Shown here: one piece after another, positions 19,699 to 29,108 of the stretch
How the letters are laid out: every line of letters begins with the position of its first letter
How positions within the stretch are numbered: position 1 is the first letter of the stretch
Assembly: GCA_039588055.1 (NCBI GenBank)
Contig: JBDHAN010000001.1
Location: 26,014-90,013, forward strand
DNA length: 64,000 nucleotides
Reading direction: 5' to 3'
Source of the DNA: Gemmatimonadota bacterium
GTDB taxonomy: Bacteria > Gemmatimonadota > Gemmatimonadetes > Gemmatimonadales > GWC2-71-9
Made by a program: the position numbers and the translations under genes
The notes under the pieces: model-generated
Seen by the model: only the letters and a program-made list of their open reading frames with translations
Databases searched by the model: none
What the model was told of the DNA's origin: nothing

Positions 19699-21318
19699 GT
19701 GGCTGATATCAGGTTGGCGGCCGCGATGTCCACTCCGCAGGGGAGAGCGACAGCACCGCTCGTCTCCCTCCCCTCGGACGTCATCGAGCAGTCCTGCAAA
19801 CGTGTCGGCATTCTCGGGATCGTCTTTGCGCTATTCTGGGCCCTCGCGCTGTTCATGGGCAACGTGGTGCACGGCTTTATCGAACCGGCCGTTCGCATGA
19901 CCGAGTTTGCCTTTCCGATGCCTGGCAACGTGTTTGCCACCATCGGACTGGCCATGTCGCTCGGTATGGTCGTGCTCGCCGGCAGGCTGCAGGACCGCCC
20001 CAACCTGCTGCTGGACCTGAGCCTCGTCTTCATGGTGCTGACGGCCCTCTTGATCGGCATTCTCAATCAGTGGATCCCGAACTTCGAGGGTAGAGGTATC
20101 TCCTGGATCTGTGTCGTCATTCTCGTGTACCCTGCGATTGCGCCGAATACGCCGGGAAAGATCTTACTGGCCGGCGTTCTCGCCGCCTCCATGGATCCGT
20201 TCGGTCTTCTTGTGACAGAGCTGCGCGGGGTGGAGTACGACGCGCCGCGCTCCGCCCTCGGCTTCAAGTTCCTGGCGAACTATTTGTGCGCCCTGCTGGC
20301 CGTCGTGCCAGCCAAGATGATCCGCGTGCTAGGACGGCACGCCCGGCGGGCACGCGACTTAGGGAGCTACCGGCTGGGCGATGAGCTGGGACGCGGCGGC
20401 ATGGGAACCGTGCACCGGGCCGAGCATCGTCTGCTGGCGCGACAGGCGGCCATCAAACTCATTCGGCCGGAGCTGCTTGGCGCCCGAGATCCGGACACGG
20501 CACGCATCATGGTCGAGCGGTTCAAGCGCGAGGCTCAAGCCTCGGCCTCACTCCGCTCGCCACACACCATCGAGTTGTACGACTTCGGCGCCACCGAAGA
20601 CGGCGCGTTCTACTACGTGATGGAGCTGCTCGACGGCATGAGCCTGGATGAGCTCATCGAGCGCAACGGCCCGGTTCCCGCGGAGCGGGCCATCGCGATC
20701 ATCCGACAGGTGTGCCTATCGCTCGCCGAGGCGCACGCCCGCGGTCTCATTCATCGGGACGTCAAGCCGTCGAACATCTTCTTAACGCGTATGGGCTTGC
20801 AGGTCGACTTCGTGAAGGTGCTCGACTTTGGGCTCGTCAAGGCACAGGAGAGCCGCGAACAGACACTGCTCACCCAGCAAGGAATGACCACAGGCACACC
20901 GGCTTACATGGCACCGGAAATGGCGATGGGAGAAAGCGACATCGACAGCCGGGTCGATGTCTACGCGGTCGGATGCGTGTTGTACTATCTCCTCACCGGA
21001 CAACTCGTGTTCGAAGCCGACACGCCAATGAAGATGATGCACCGCCACATCAGCGACGCGCCGGCGCCCCCGTCCCACCGAACCGAGCTCCCGATTCCGG
21101 CTGAGCTCGAGCAACTCGTCATGGATTGTCTCGCCAAAGTGCCCGACGGCCGTCCGGCGAGCGGCGCCGCGGTTGCACAGCGACTCACCGTCATTCCGGT
21201 TCGTGAGCCATGGACCGATGAGCGTGCCCACCGTTGGTGGCACACCAACCGTCCAGAGACACTGGAAGAGTGCGCTTGTGACCAGGGCGTGCTCTGCCCG
21301 GCCATGGTGACAGCGTGA
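19699..21318 (+). CDS. Ser/Thr protein kinase with an N-terminal polytopic membrane domain
   Basis: The N-terminal ~215 aa is multi-TM. The Hanks kinase domain follows (GRGGMGTVHRA...AIK, HRDVKPSNIF, DFG, GTPAYMAPE). Confidence 0.85.
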   Translation: MADIRLAAAMSTPQGRATAPLVSLPSDVIEQSCKRVGILGIVFALFWALALFMGNVVHGFIEPAVRMTEFAFPMPGNVFATIGLAMSLGMVVLAGRLQDRPNLLLDLSLVFMVLTALLIGILNQWIPNFEGRGISWICVVILVYPAIAPNTPGKILLAGVLAASMDPFGLLVTELRGVEYDAPRSALGFKFLANYLCALLAVVPAKMIRVLGRHARRARDLGSYRLGDELGRGGMGTVHRAEHRLLARQAAIKLIRPELLGARDPDTARIMVERFKREAQASASLRSPHTIELYDFGATEDGAFYYVMELLDGMSLDELIERNGPVPAERAIAIIRQVCLSLAEAHARGLIHRDVKPSNIFLTRMGLQVDFVKVLDFGLVKAQESREQTLLTQQGMTTGTPAYMAPEMAMGESDIDSRVDVYAVGCVLYYLLTGQLVFEADTPMKMMHRHISDAPAPPSHRTELPIPAELEQLVMDCLAKVPDGRPASGAAVAQRLTVIPVREPWTDERAHRWWHTNRPETLEECACDQGVLCPAMVTA

Positions 21319-21329
21319 CCAAAGCCTCT

Positions 21330-22928
21330 CTACGACTTGACCGTTGGAGGCTCGCCGTCGCGCACTTGTGGCGCCGGCACCAACTCTGGCAAATTCGTCC
21401 GCCACCACCGCTCCGCCAGCTCTGCCGTCCAGGGATCACCGACATCACAGGAGGCCAGCAACCGACCGAGCGTCATCGCGTCGGCTGGTCGGCGCTCGCG
21501 GTCCTTCTCGATGCAGGTGAGCAGGAGCTCGTCCAACTCACGAGTGACCGGAAGCTCGGAGTGATACGACGCAGGCAGCGGCGTGTTCCGAATGTGCGAC
21601 ATCATCATCTTCATGGGCGTCTCCGCCTCGAAGACCAGGCGGCCCGTAAGCAGCCAATACGCGACACACCCGAGCGCATAGATGTCGCTCCGACCGTCGA
21701 TCTCTTCACCCCGGGCCAGCTCTGGTGACATGAAGGCCGGGGTGCCCGTGGCCATGTTCGGCGCGGTGAGCTTGGCCTGCTCCGTCTCGCTCGCGAGCCG
21801 CCCTTTGACCAGGCCGAAATCGAGCACTTTGAGGAAGTCCGCTTCCAGTCCCACCCAGCAGGTGTAGAGGTTGGCCGGCTTCACGTCCCGGTGTACAAGC
21901 CCGATGGCGTGTGCTTCGGCCAGAGCGCGGCAAGCCTGTTGCAGCAGATACGTGGCACGTGCCGGCCGCATCGGACCGAAGCGCTCGATAAGCGTCTCGA
22001 GGTTGAGCCCCCGTAGGAGCTCCATCACGTAGTAAAAGTCGCCCGCGTCCGTGACACCGAAGTCGTAGAGTGCGATGGCATGTGGTGAATGCAGGCTCGA
22101 CGCGGCCTCGGCCTCCCGCTTGAACCGTCGTACGATGGTCGCGGGTGGTTCGGCCTCACCCGTGCTCAACATTGCCGGCCGAACCAACTTGACCGCCGCG
22201 GGACGGCGGAGCAGCCGGTGTGTCGCCGCATAGACCTCGCCCATTCCCCCGCGGCCTAACAAGTCGCCAAGCTGGTAACTACCGAGCTCGCGAGCGTGGC
22301 GAACCTGATTGCTCAGCCGTGTGATGACGTGGGACGGCAATACGGCGAGAACGGCACACAGGTAGTTGGGCAGAACCGCCCAGACCAACACCGGAACTGA
22401 CGGCAATTCGACACCGCGTGCCCCGGTTATCAGTAGCCCGACGGGATCCATGCTCGCGGCGACCAGCGCTGCGACGAGGGTGCGTCGCCTGGTACTGGGC
22501 ACGATGGCCGGAAACACCAGCACCAACACACAAATCCATGAGAGTCCAGTCGTGTTCGGTGTCCACTGATTCACAATGCCGATTGCGAGCGCAATCACAA
22601 CTTCGTACGCAAGCCCGAGGTCCAGCAGCCGTCGCGTTCCGGCAGCGGCGCTCCGGGTATAGCCATAGACCACGAACGAGGTGACGATCACGACAAGCGC
22701 CGCCGGGTTGCCCGGTACCGGCCACGCGTCGTCCAGCGGCGCCCCCGGCGAGAGAATGGGACTCACGAAGTTGTTCAGCGCGAGCTGCAGTAGCCAAAGC
22801 CCTGCTCCAACGAGGCACGCAACGCCCAGGCGCTTGGTGGCAATCTGAAGGAGATCGGCCGGAACTTCCTCGATTGCACCGAGAGGCCCGGTCCGCACGT
22901 TGACGTCTGGGAATTCCGCTGGGTCCAT
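21330..22928 (-). CDS. Ser/Thr protein kinase, paralog of 19699..21318 with the same architecture
   Basis: The membrane domain shares blocks with its neighbour (NQW.PN..G.SWICV.VLV.PAI.P, AASMDP.GLL.T..RGVE). Kinase motifs are GRGGMGEVYAA...AVK, HRDVKPANLY, DFG and GTPAFMSPE. Confidence 0.85.
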   Translation of the reverse strand: MDPAEFPDVNVRTGPLGAIEEVPADLLQIATKRLGVACLVGAGLWLLQLALNNFVSPILSPGAPLDDAWPVPGNPAALVVIVTSFVVYGYTRSAAAGTRRLLDLGLAYEVVIALAIGIVNQWTPNTTGLSWICVLVLVFPAIVPSTRRRTLVAALVAASMDPVGLLITGARGVELPSVPVLVWAVLPNYLCAVLAVLPSHVITRLSNQVRHARELGSYQLGDLLGRGGMGEVYAATHRLLRRPAAVKLVRPAMLSTGEAEPPATIVRRFKREAEAASSLHSPHAIALYDFGVTDAGDFYYVMELLRGLNLETLIERFGPMRPARATYLLQQACRALAEAHAIGLVHRDVKPANLYTCWVGLEADFLKVLDFGLVKGRLASETEQAKLTAPNMATGTPAFMSPELARGEEIDGRSDIYALGCVAYWLLTGRLVFEAETPMKMMMSHIRNTPLPASYHSELPVTRELDELLLTCIEKDRERRPADAMTLGRLLASCDVGDPWTAELAERWWRTNLPELVPAPQVRDGEPPTVKS

Positions 22929-23145
22929 GGTGCCGTCCTCGATCCGCCCTACGTTACCACGCTGCGAGGGTCTTCGGGACCCGGTCCCTGTGGTAGCTTG
23001 CGCCGGCCTCCGCCAGGGGTATTCTCCGGATCATCCGGCAGGTCCGGATGTGCATGGAACGAGAGGGCACACGGTGATTCGGAAATCGGCCAGCTCGACA
23101 CCTCCCCCAGAGACGTGGCAGCCGGCGCGCCGCGCAGCCGAGGCG

Positions 23146-24516
23146 ATGTTCCGCCCGATCGAGCGCTTCCTGCACGTCGAGGCCGCAAGCGGCATTCTCC
23201 TGCTTCTCGCTGCTGCGGTGGCGCTCGTATGGGCTAACTCGCCGTGGGCCGCCAGCTACGATACCCTGTGGCACACGCCGATTCGGTTCGGCGCCGGGGA
23301 GTGGACCGTCCAGAAATCGCTCCACTTCTGGATCAACGATCTCCTCATGGCCGTGTTTTTCCTCCTTGTGGGCCTCGAGATCAAGCGGGAGATGGTGCAC
23401 GGGGCGTTGTCGGACAGGCGTCGTGCGGCCCTCCCTGTCGCGGCAGCCATCGGCGGCATGGTAATTCCGGCCGGCATCTACTTCGCGGTCAATCCCAGCG
23501 GGCCTGGCGTCTCGGGGTGGGGTGTGCCGATGGCGACCGACATCGCATTTGCCGTTGGCGTTCTCGTTCTCCTGGGTAAACGGGTGCATCCCGCGCTGCG
23601 CGTTCTCTTGCTGGCCTTCGCCATCATCGACGACATCGGCGCCATTCTCGTCATCGCCATCTTCTATTCGAGTGGGTTTGCCGTTCAAGGACTGGCCGTG
23701 GCGGTCGGCGGCTTTCTGCTCACCGTGGTGATGTTGTGGGTCGGCATTCGGCCGGGCCTGGTGTTCGTGTTTCCCTTCCTGCTCATGTGGATCGGGCTGT
23801 ACCAAGCAGGGATTCATCCGACCATCGCAGGCGTAGTGCTGGGTCTCACGATGCCGGTCCGAGCGTGGTTCGGTCCTGAGGGCTTCGTCAACGTGGCGCG
23901 GACCGCGATACGCGACTTCGAACAACGCGTTGCAGAAGGCGTTCGGGACCACGACCTGCTTGAACCGTTGGGACGCCTTGCTGAAGCCCGTCGGGAAGCC
24001 GTGTCCCCGGGTGTCCGTGGCGAGGCTGCGCTGCATCCCTGGGTTGCGTACGGCATCATGCCGCTCTTTGCTCTCGCGAATGCCGGCGTCAATTTGGGTG
24101 GCATCGAGCTGCAGGCCGTCGGCGCCACGACCGTCATGCTGGGCGTCACATTGGGCCTTCTCGTCGGTAAGCCGGTTGGCGTGCTCGCTGCAAGCTGGAT
24201 CAGCGTACGACTGGGCCTGTGCGTGCTTCCCCAGGGGGTCACGTGGAGGAGCATGGGCATTGTCGGAGTGACGGCGGCCATCGGCTTCACGATGGCCATC
24301 TTCATCTCAGAATTGGCGTTCACCGACCCCAGCCTCCTGGCCGTCTCGAAGCTGGGTGTGCTCGTGGCCACGGGCGTCGCGGGAGCGGTGGCGCTCCTGG
24401 GTGGACGGATCTTGTTGCCGCTTGCGGAGCCGGCGGTGGGCGAGTCCATCGGCGAGAGTAACGCCGAAGTCGAAGCGCTCTGGTCGGGTGAGCTCGAGGG
24501 AGCCGGCTTCCCGTGA
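23146..24516 (+). CDS. nhaA: Na+/H+ antiporter NhaA
   Basis: FLHVEAASGILLL, WINDLLMAVFFLLVGLEIKRE, ATDIAFAVGVL and AIIDDIGAILVIA are collinear with E. coli NhaA as I remember it. The start is ambiguous: ATG 23146, or in-frame GTG at 23074 or 23050. Confidence 0.9.
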   Translation: MFRPIERFLHVEAASGILLLLAAAVALVWANSPWAASYDTLWHTPIRFGAGEWTVQKSLHFWINDLLMAVFFLLVGLEIKREMVHGALSDRRRAALPVAAAIGGMVIPAGIYFAVNPSGPGVSGWGVPMATDIAFAVGVLVLLGKRVHPALRVLLLAFAIIDDIGAILVIAIFYSSGFAVQGLAVAVGGFLLTVVMLWVGIRPGLVFVFPFLLMWIGLYQAGIHPTIAGVVLGLTMPVRAWFGPEGFVNVARTAIRDFEQRVAEGVRDHDLLEPLGRLAEARREAVSPGVRGEAALHPWVAYGIMPLFALANAGVNLGGIELQAVGATTVMLGVTLGLLVGKPVGVLAASWISVRLGLCVLPQGVTWRSMGIVGVTAAIGFTMAIFISELAFTDPSLLAVSKLGVLVATGVAGAVALLGGRILLPLAEPAVGESIGESNAEVEALWSGELEGAGFP

Positions 24517-24549
24517 TCGGGTGTTCGTGAGACGAAAGGCGGTGCCACA

Positions 24550-25995
24550 ATGACGACGGAACCACAGCGAGGTCCGTTCGATCGCTTCCTGCGGCTCTTC
24601 ACCGACATCCGGACGGGCGAGTCGACGACGGCGCTCCTCCTCATGCTCAACATCTTCCTGATCTTCGTGGCGTATTCGATCATGAAGGTGCTGCGAGAGG
24701 TGCTGGTTCTCAGCCAGGCAGAGGTCGAGGGTAAGGCCCTATCGGCGGGCGGGCAGGCACTCGTCCTGCTGGCAGCCGTTCCGCTTTACGGCATGATCGC
24801 CTCACGCGTGCCGCGTCGCCGCCTGATCAATGTCGTTACCGTCTTCTTCGTGGCCTGCCTCGGGGTGTTCTATGCCCTCTACACGCTAGAGATACCGATC
24901 GGCATTGCATTCTTCATCTGGCTTGGGGTCTTCAACGTGATGGTGATTGCCCAGTTCTGGGCGTTCGCCAACGACGTCTATACCACCGACGAAGGCAAGC
25001 GCCTGTTTCCCATCGTCGGCTTTGGATCAGCTTCGGGGGCTGTGGTCGGAGCGTGGGCCACTGGTGTGCTGCAAAGCGCGGTTGGCATCGGGTTTGCCTT
25101 GCTCATCGCTGCCGGCCTCCTCCTTCTCGGAGTGGCCGTCACCAACATGGTCGACAGCAGGGAGCGACGTCGCACCGAAGCGCATCTCCCGGACATCCAC
25201 ACGACAGGCACGATGCCTGCCGCCACCGGGCAATTCCGAGCAGCGACCGGCGAGTTTCGCGTGCCGGATGCGGAGTACCAAAAAGAAAGCGGGACGTTCC
25301 AGGCGATTACGTCAGAAGAATCGATGGCAGACGAGCCCCCGAAGTCGACGGGCGGCGCATTCCAACTCGTGTTCCGCAATCGCTACCTGCTGTTGATGGC
25401 GCTGCTGGTGTTGCTGCTCAATTGGGTCAACACGAGCGGAGAGCTGATACTCTCTGCATTCGTGACAGACGCGGCCGACCGTGCGGTGGCGAGCGGACAG
25501 GCAACGCAGGAAGAGATCATCGGGCGCTTCTATTCCGGGTTCCAGGGAACCGTGAACCTCGTCGGGATGCTGGTCCAACTCTTTCTCGTGTCGCGGATCA
25601 TCAAGTACTTGAACATCCCTGCAGCACTCTTGATCTTGCCCGTCGTATCCTTTGCCGCATACTCGCTGATTCTCTTCGTTCCCCTGCTGGCAGCGGTCCG
25701 GTGGGCGAAGACCGGCGAAAACGCTACCGACTATTCGCTGAACAACACGGTGCGACACGCACTGTTCTTGCCCACGACACGAGAGGAGAAATACAAGGCG
25801 AAGCAGGTGGTCGACTCGTTCTCACAGCGGGTCGGCGACGTGCTGGCAGCGCTGACGTGGTTGGGTGGAACAGCGCTCCTGGGTTTCGCCTATACACAGC
25901 TGGCCGCGGTCAACCTCGTGCTCGTGGGGGTCTGGATCGTCATAGCGGTGCTGATCGGGAGACGCTACAAGCGGGTGGCCGCCGTAGCTGCTTGA
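24550..25995 (+). CDS. TLC/NTT-like (Npt1/Npt2 family) putative nucleotide transporter
   Basis: About 12 TM helices. The N-terminal pattern (ALLLMLNIFLIFVAYSIMKVLREVLVL) and FWAFANDVYT are typical of ATP/ADP-translocase-like MFS proteins. A ~90-aa hydrophilic central loop carries three (A/S)TGxF(R/Q) heptads. Confidence 0.65.
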   Translation: MTTEPQRGPFDRFLRLFTDIRTGESTTALLLMLNIFLIFVAYSIMKVLREVLVLSQAEVEGKALSAGGQALVLLAAVPLYGMIASRVPRRRLINVVTVFFVACLGVFYALYTLEIPIGIAFFIWLGVFNVMVIAQFWAFANDVYTTDEGKRLFPIVGFGSASGAVVGAWATGVLQSAVGIGFALLIAAGLLLLGVAVTNMVDSRERRRTEAHLPDIHTTGTMPAATGQFRAATGEFRVPDAEYQKESGTFQAITSEESMADEPPKSTGGAFQLVFRNRYLLLMALLVLLLNWVNTSGELILSAFVTDAADRAVASGQATQEEIIGRFYSGFQGTVNLVGMLVQLFLVSRIIKYLNIPAALLILPVVSFAAYSLILFVPLLAAVRWAKTGENATDYSLNNTVRHALFLPTTREEKYKAKQVVDSFSQRVGDVLAALTWLGGTALLGFAYTQLAAVNLVLVGVWIVIAVLIGRRYKRVAAVAA

Positions 25996-26018
25996 TCAGG
26001 GAGGCGCGCCGCCCAGGG

Positions 26019-28265
26019 CTACTTGTCGCCTTGTGAATCACGCAATTTGCGTAGCTGCTCGAGGTTGAGCGCAATCGACTGATTCGACTGCATGAGGTCG
26101 TCGAGGACTTCCTCGGCCGAGCGACGGGCTGCCGGCTTGACGGCTGGGACCTCCAAGAACGGCCACAACTGCGAGCGAATCCGTTCGGGCAGGGCCGTCT
26201 CCAGATACTCTAGTGCTGTGCCGCGCAGCAGCCGGTCGTTCGTGTGAAGACCGCGGAACGCCACCTTGAGCGGCTGGGGCGGCAACACGAGCGCCAAGAT
26301 GGTGAACACGTGTTCGAGAGCCCGATTCGCCCGCTCCCGCAACACTTCGTCCACTACAGGTGACCACTCGTCATCCTCCATGCGGTCCAGCAGGCGGTGG
26401 CTTTCCCACACGCCTCGATCGACCTTGACCTCCCGAAGGACCACCTCGTACGCGCGCTCCCGACCGACCTGGAGCTCGGGATTGAGGGTCATGAGCCGGC
26501 TGAGCGCGCGGCCACAGCGGTAGCGTACCTCGAAACGCGAATCCTCGAGCCCGCGGAGCAGCCCGTCGACGGCACGATCGGACGGGCACGACGCAAGCAC
26601 CATCGGGAGGCGTCGCCGCACCGCGAACTCCTCGTCTCGATCGAGCAAGCGGTCGACCAGCTGGCCGGTCACGCGCGGAGCGACCTCGCGGAGGGCGAGG
26701 ATCGCCTCATGAAGCACTTCATCCCATGCCAGGAGCGGGACGACGTGAGGCACATGAGTGGCTCTGAGCGGCCCCTCCCGCAGCGCCTCGCGAACGCGCG
26801 TGGCATTCCGCGTACGGAGAGCCGCAATGCGCTGTACCTCTGGGTCGAGCGGCGCATGGGGTTGTGACGGCGCGGCTCCTTGTGCAGGCTCCGCGTCCTT
26901 AGGAGTTGATTCGATATGCTCGACACTGGGTCGAACCCGAGTCAGACCCAACGTCGCCGCACTCTGGAGCACGGCCGTGCGTGTCACGGCGTCCTGAACC
27001 TCGTCCAAATCGAGCTCGACGGCGCGTGACAACAGACTTCGCTCCAGCGTTCGCACATACCCGGCGCGGAGCTGCAGCGCAACGACGACCGCAGCGACCG
27101 ACAACACGATCGCGATGACCAGCAGCGAGCGAGTCGCAACGCCAACGGCTAGTAGCAACATCACCTGCACGATCCCACCGCCAACAACGTCGCCGAGTCG
27201 GACCGCGCCGACATCGATGAGGGCCTTTGCCGCTCGTTTCCGCCGCGCAGCAACCGGCGTGAACAGCAGCTCATATCCGGCGCGGTACAGCCCATTTCGC
27301 AGAACTGACTCGGCACCACGCGCAGCCATGGCACTGGCCAATCCCGGCACCACTAGGGCACCCAGACTCCCGATCGCAGCCCCGGCCGGCAGTAGCGCCA
27401 CGGTCCGCGTGAGGCCGAGGTTCTGGAGAGCTTGCCGGCTGGCTGCTGCCTGGACGACGACGGTGAGGAAAGCAACTCCCGTGTAGAACAGGGCGAACAA
27501 CCGCAGCAACTCCTCGCCTCCGCCATACTCTTGGGTCGCCCTGGCTTTGAACACGTAGTCAATGAGCACTTCACTGACCGTCGCCAGTAGCACCAGGGCC
27601 ACAAGCCCCCGGAGGTACGGCGTGGCGGCAATGATCTTGAGGCCGGAGCGTTCGGCCGACTCCATGTCCGCGAGTGCTGCACCGGCCGTGGTCGTCTCAC
27701 CGCGGTGCCGCACGGCGAGCACCAGCACGGCGCAGCACACGTGCAGTGCCGCCAGGATCGGAAGCATAGTCACCACCGAGAGGTAGGCACCGACGCGCTC
27801 GGCGAGCAGACCGCCGACCAGCCCGCCAACCGTACCGCCCGCGGCAATGCGACCGATGTACCTCTTGGCCGTCCGCGGATCGAACCGCTCATTGACAACC
27901 GACCAGAACCCCGAGATCAGGATCGCCCCGAGGGCGCCATAGTGCAGATAGACGACGATGGCGGCGGCCTGCGGCATCCGGACTGCAAACGCCGATTCGA
28001 TGATGAGCAGCAGCGCGCTGGCGGCGAACGCCGACGGGACCAGTCGCCCCGGCCCCAGCCGGGTCATCCACCGCGAGGCCGCGAGCGCGGCCACGAGGGA
28101 GATGATGGCTGACGTGACGACCATTCGGGGCAGCTTGTCGACGTCAAAGCTCGAGAGAAACAGCGCGTCCCGCGTGGCCTTGCCGCCGACCTGGAAGGCG
28201 ATCATCAACGTGGCAACTGCCACCGCCGCTACGTATGCGCGCTGCTGATCTTGCTCCTCGGCCAC
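26019..28265 (-). CDS. TLC/NTT-like transporter domain fused to a C-terminal HEAT-repeat-like domain
   Basis: The N-terminal ~420 aa is polytopic (GKATRDALFLSSF, FWSVVNERFD). The C-terminal ~320 aa is all-helical with repeated LL..L.D....VR motifs consistent with HEAT/ARM repeats. Confidence 0.6.
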   Translation of the reverse strand: MAEEQDQQRAYVAAVAVATLMIAFQVGGKATRDALFLSSFDVDKLPRMVVTSAIISLVAALAASRWMTRLGPGRLVPSAFAASALLLIIESAFAVRMPQAAAIVVYLHYGALGAILISGFWSVVNERFDPRTAKRYIGRIAAGGTVGGLVGGLLAERVGAYLSVVTMLPILAALHVCCAVLVLAVRHRGETTTAGAALADMESAERSGLKIIAATPYLRGLVALVLLATVSEVLIDYVFKARATQEYGGGEELLRLFALFYTGVAFLTVVVQAAASRQALQNLGLTRTVALLPAGAAIGSLGALVVPGLASAMAARGAESVLRNGLYRAGYELLFTPVAARRKRAAKALIDVGAVRLGDVVGGGIVQVMLLLAVGVATRSLLVIAIVLSVAAVVVALQLRAGYVRTLERSLLSRAVELDLDEVQDAVTRTAVLQSAATLGLTRVRPSVEHIESTPKDAEPAQGAAPSQPHAPLDPEVQRIAALRTRNATRVREALREGPLRATHVPHVVPLLAWDEVLHEAILALREVAPRVTGQLVDRLLDRDEEFAVRRRLPMVLASCPSDRAVDGLLRGLEDSRFEVRYRCGRALSRLMTLNPELQVGRERAYEVVLREVKVDRGVWESHRLLDRMEDDEWSPVVDEVLRERANRALEHVFTILALVLPPQPLKVAFRGLHTNDRLLRGTALEYLETALPERIRSQLWPFLEVPAVKPAARRSAEEVLDDLMQSNQSIALNLEQLRKLRDSQGDK

Positions 28266-28410
28266 CGTTTCTCCTCAGATGAGGCTCGTGTGCCCCTAAA
28301 CTAGTGAATCCTGCCTCCACCGCGACCTCGACCCGTGGACTGGTCAAGACGACGCTTCGACATCACTTTGAAAGATCGTGACGATCGGGACTTCTTCGGG
28401 GGGGCACGAC

Positions 28411-29052
28411 GTGCGACGGCACCAGAGAGCACTGTTGACGGGACTCTTCGGAATCCTGTGGCTGGGTTGCACAGAGGATCGGCCTGACGACGCCAGTGCG
28501 GCCGATACAACCGCGGCGCCCGCTGAGATCGATCCCACACCAGGCGTGGTTTTAGAGACCAACCTCGGACGCATCGTGCTGGAGCTGGACCGTGAGACTG
28601 CCCCCCGCAGTGTCGAGAACTTCCTTCGCCACGTCGAGATCGGGTTCTACGACTCGCTCATCTTCCACCGCGTACGACCGGGGTTCATGGTGCAGGCGGG
28701 CACGTATACACCTGAGCTGGCACGCCGCCGCTCTTCGGCTCCTCCCATCCGGAACGAGAGCGATAATGGCGTGAGAAATCTCCGCGGCACGATCGCCATG
28801 GCCCGGCAGCCCGATCCGCACAGTGCGACCACACAGTTCTTCATCAACCTGGTCGACAACGCCGGCCTCGATTATCGCGACACGCGCGAGATCCCCTGGG
28901 GCTACGCGGTGTTCGGCAACGTGACCGACGGGATGGCCGTCGTCGACTCGATCGCCAAGGTTCCCACCCAGCGACGCGGATCGAACGAAGCGGTCCCGCT
29001 GGAACCCATCGTGATCACCCGGGCGTTCCTGCTGGAGGAGCCGACCACCTAG
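28411..29052 (+). CDS. Cyclophilin-type peptidyl-prolyl cis-trans isomerase (lipoprotein/exported)
   Basis: FHRVRPGFMVQAG, GTIAMAR and TQFFINL are cyclophilin motifs. The GTG at 28411 gives the signal VRRHQRALLTGLFGILWLGC. The track ORF starts at GTG 28378. Confidence 0.85.
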   Translation: MRRHQRALLTGLFGILWLGCTEDRPDDASAADTTAAPAEIDPTPGVVLETNLGRIVLELDRETAPRSVENFLRHVEIGFYDSLIFHRVRPGFMVQAGTYTPELARRRSSAPPIRNESDNGVRNLRGTIAMARQPDPHSATTQFFINLVDNAGLDYRDTREIPWGYAVFGNVTDGMAVVDSIAKVPTQRRGSNEAVPLEPIVITRAFLLEEPTT

Positions 29053-29108
29053 CCGATCGGCCGGTCCAGCGTCAGCCTTCCGTTCTCCTGACCTCCCGAA
29101 GGAGCTCC

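Noticed and set aside
22954-24036. A 360-aa minus-strand ORF.
   Set aside because: It is antisense to nhaA, which matches NhaA motif by motif. It is a shadow ORF.
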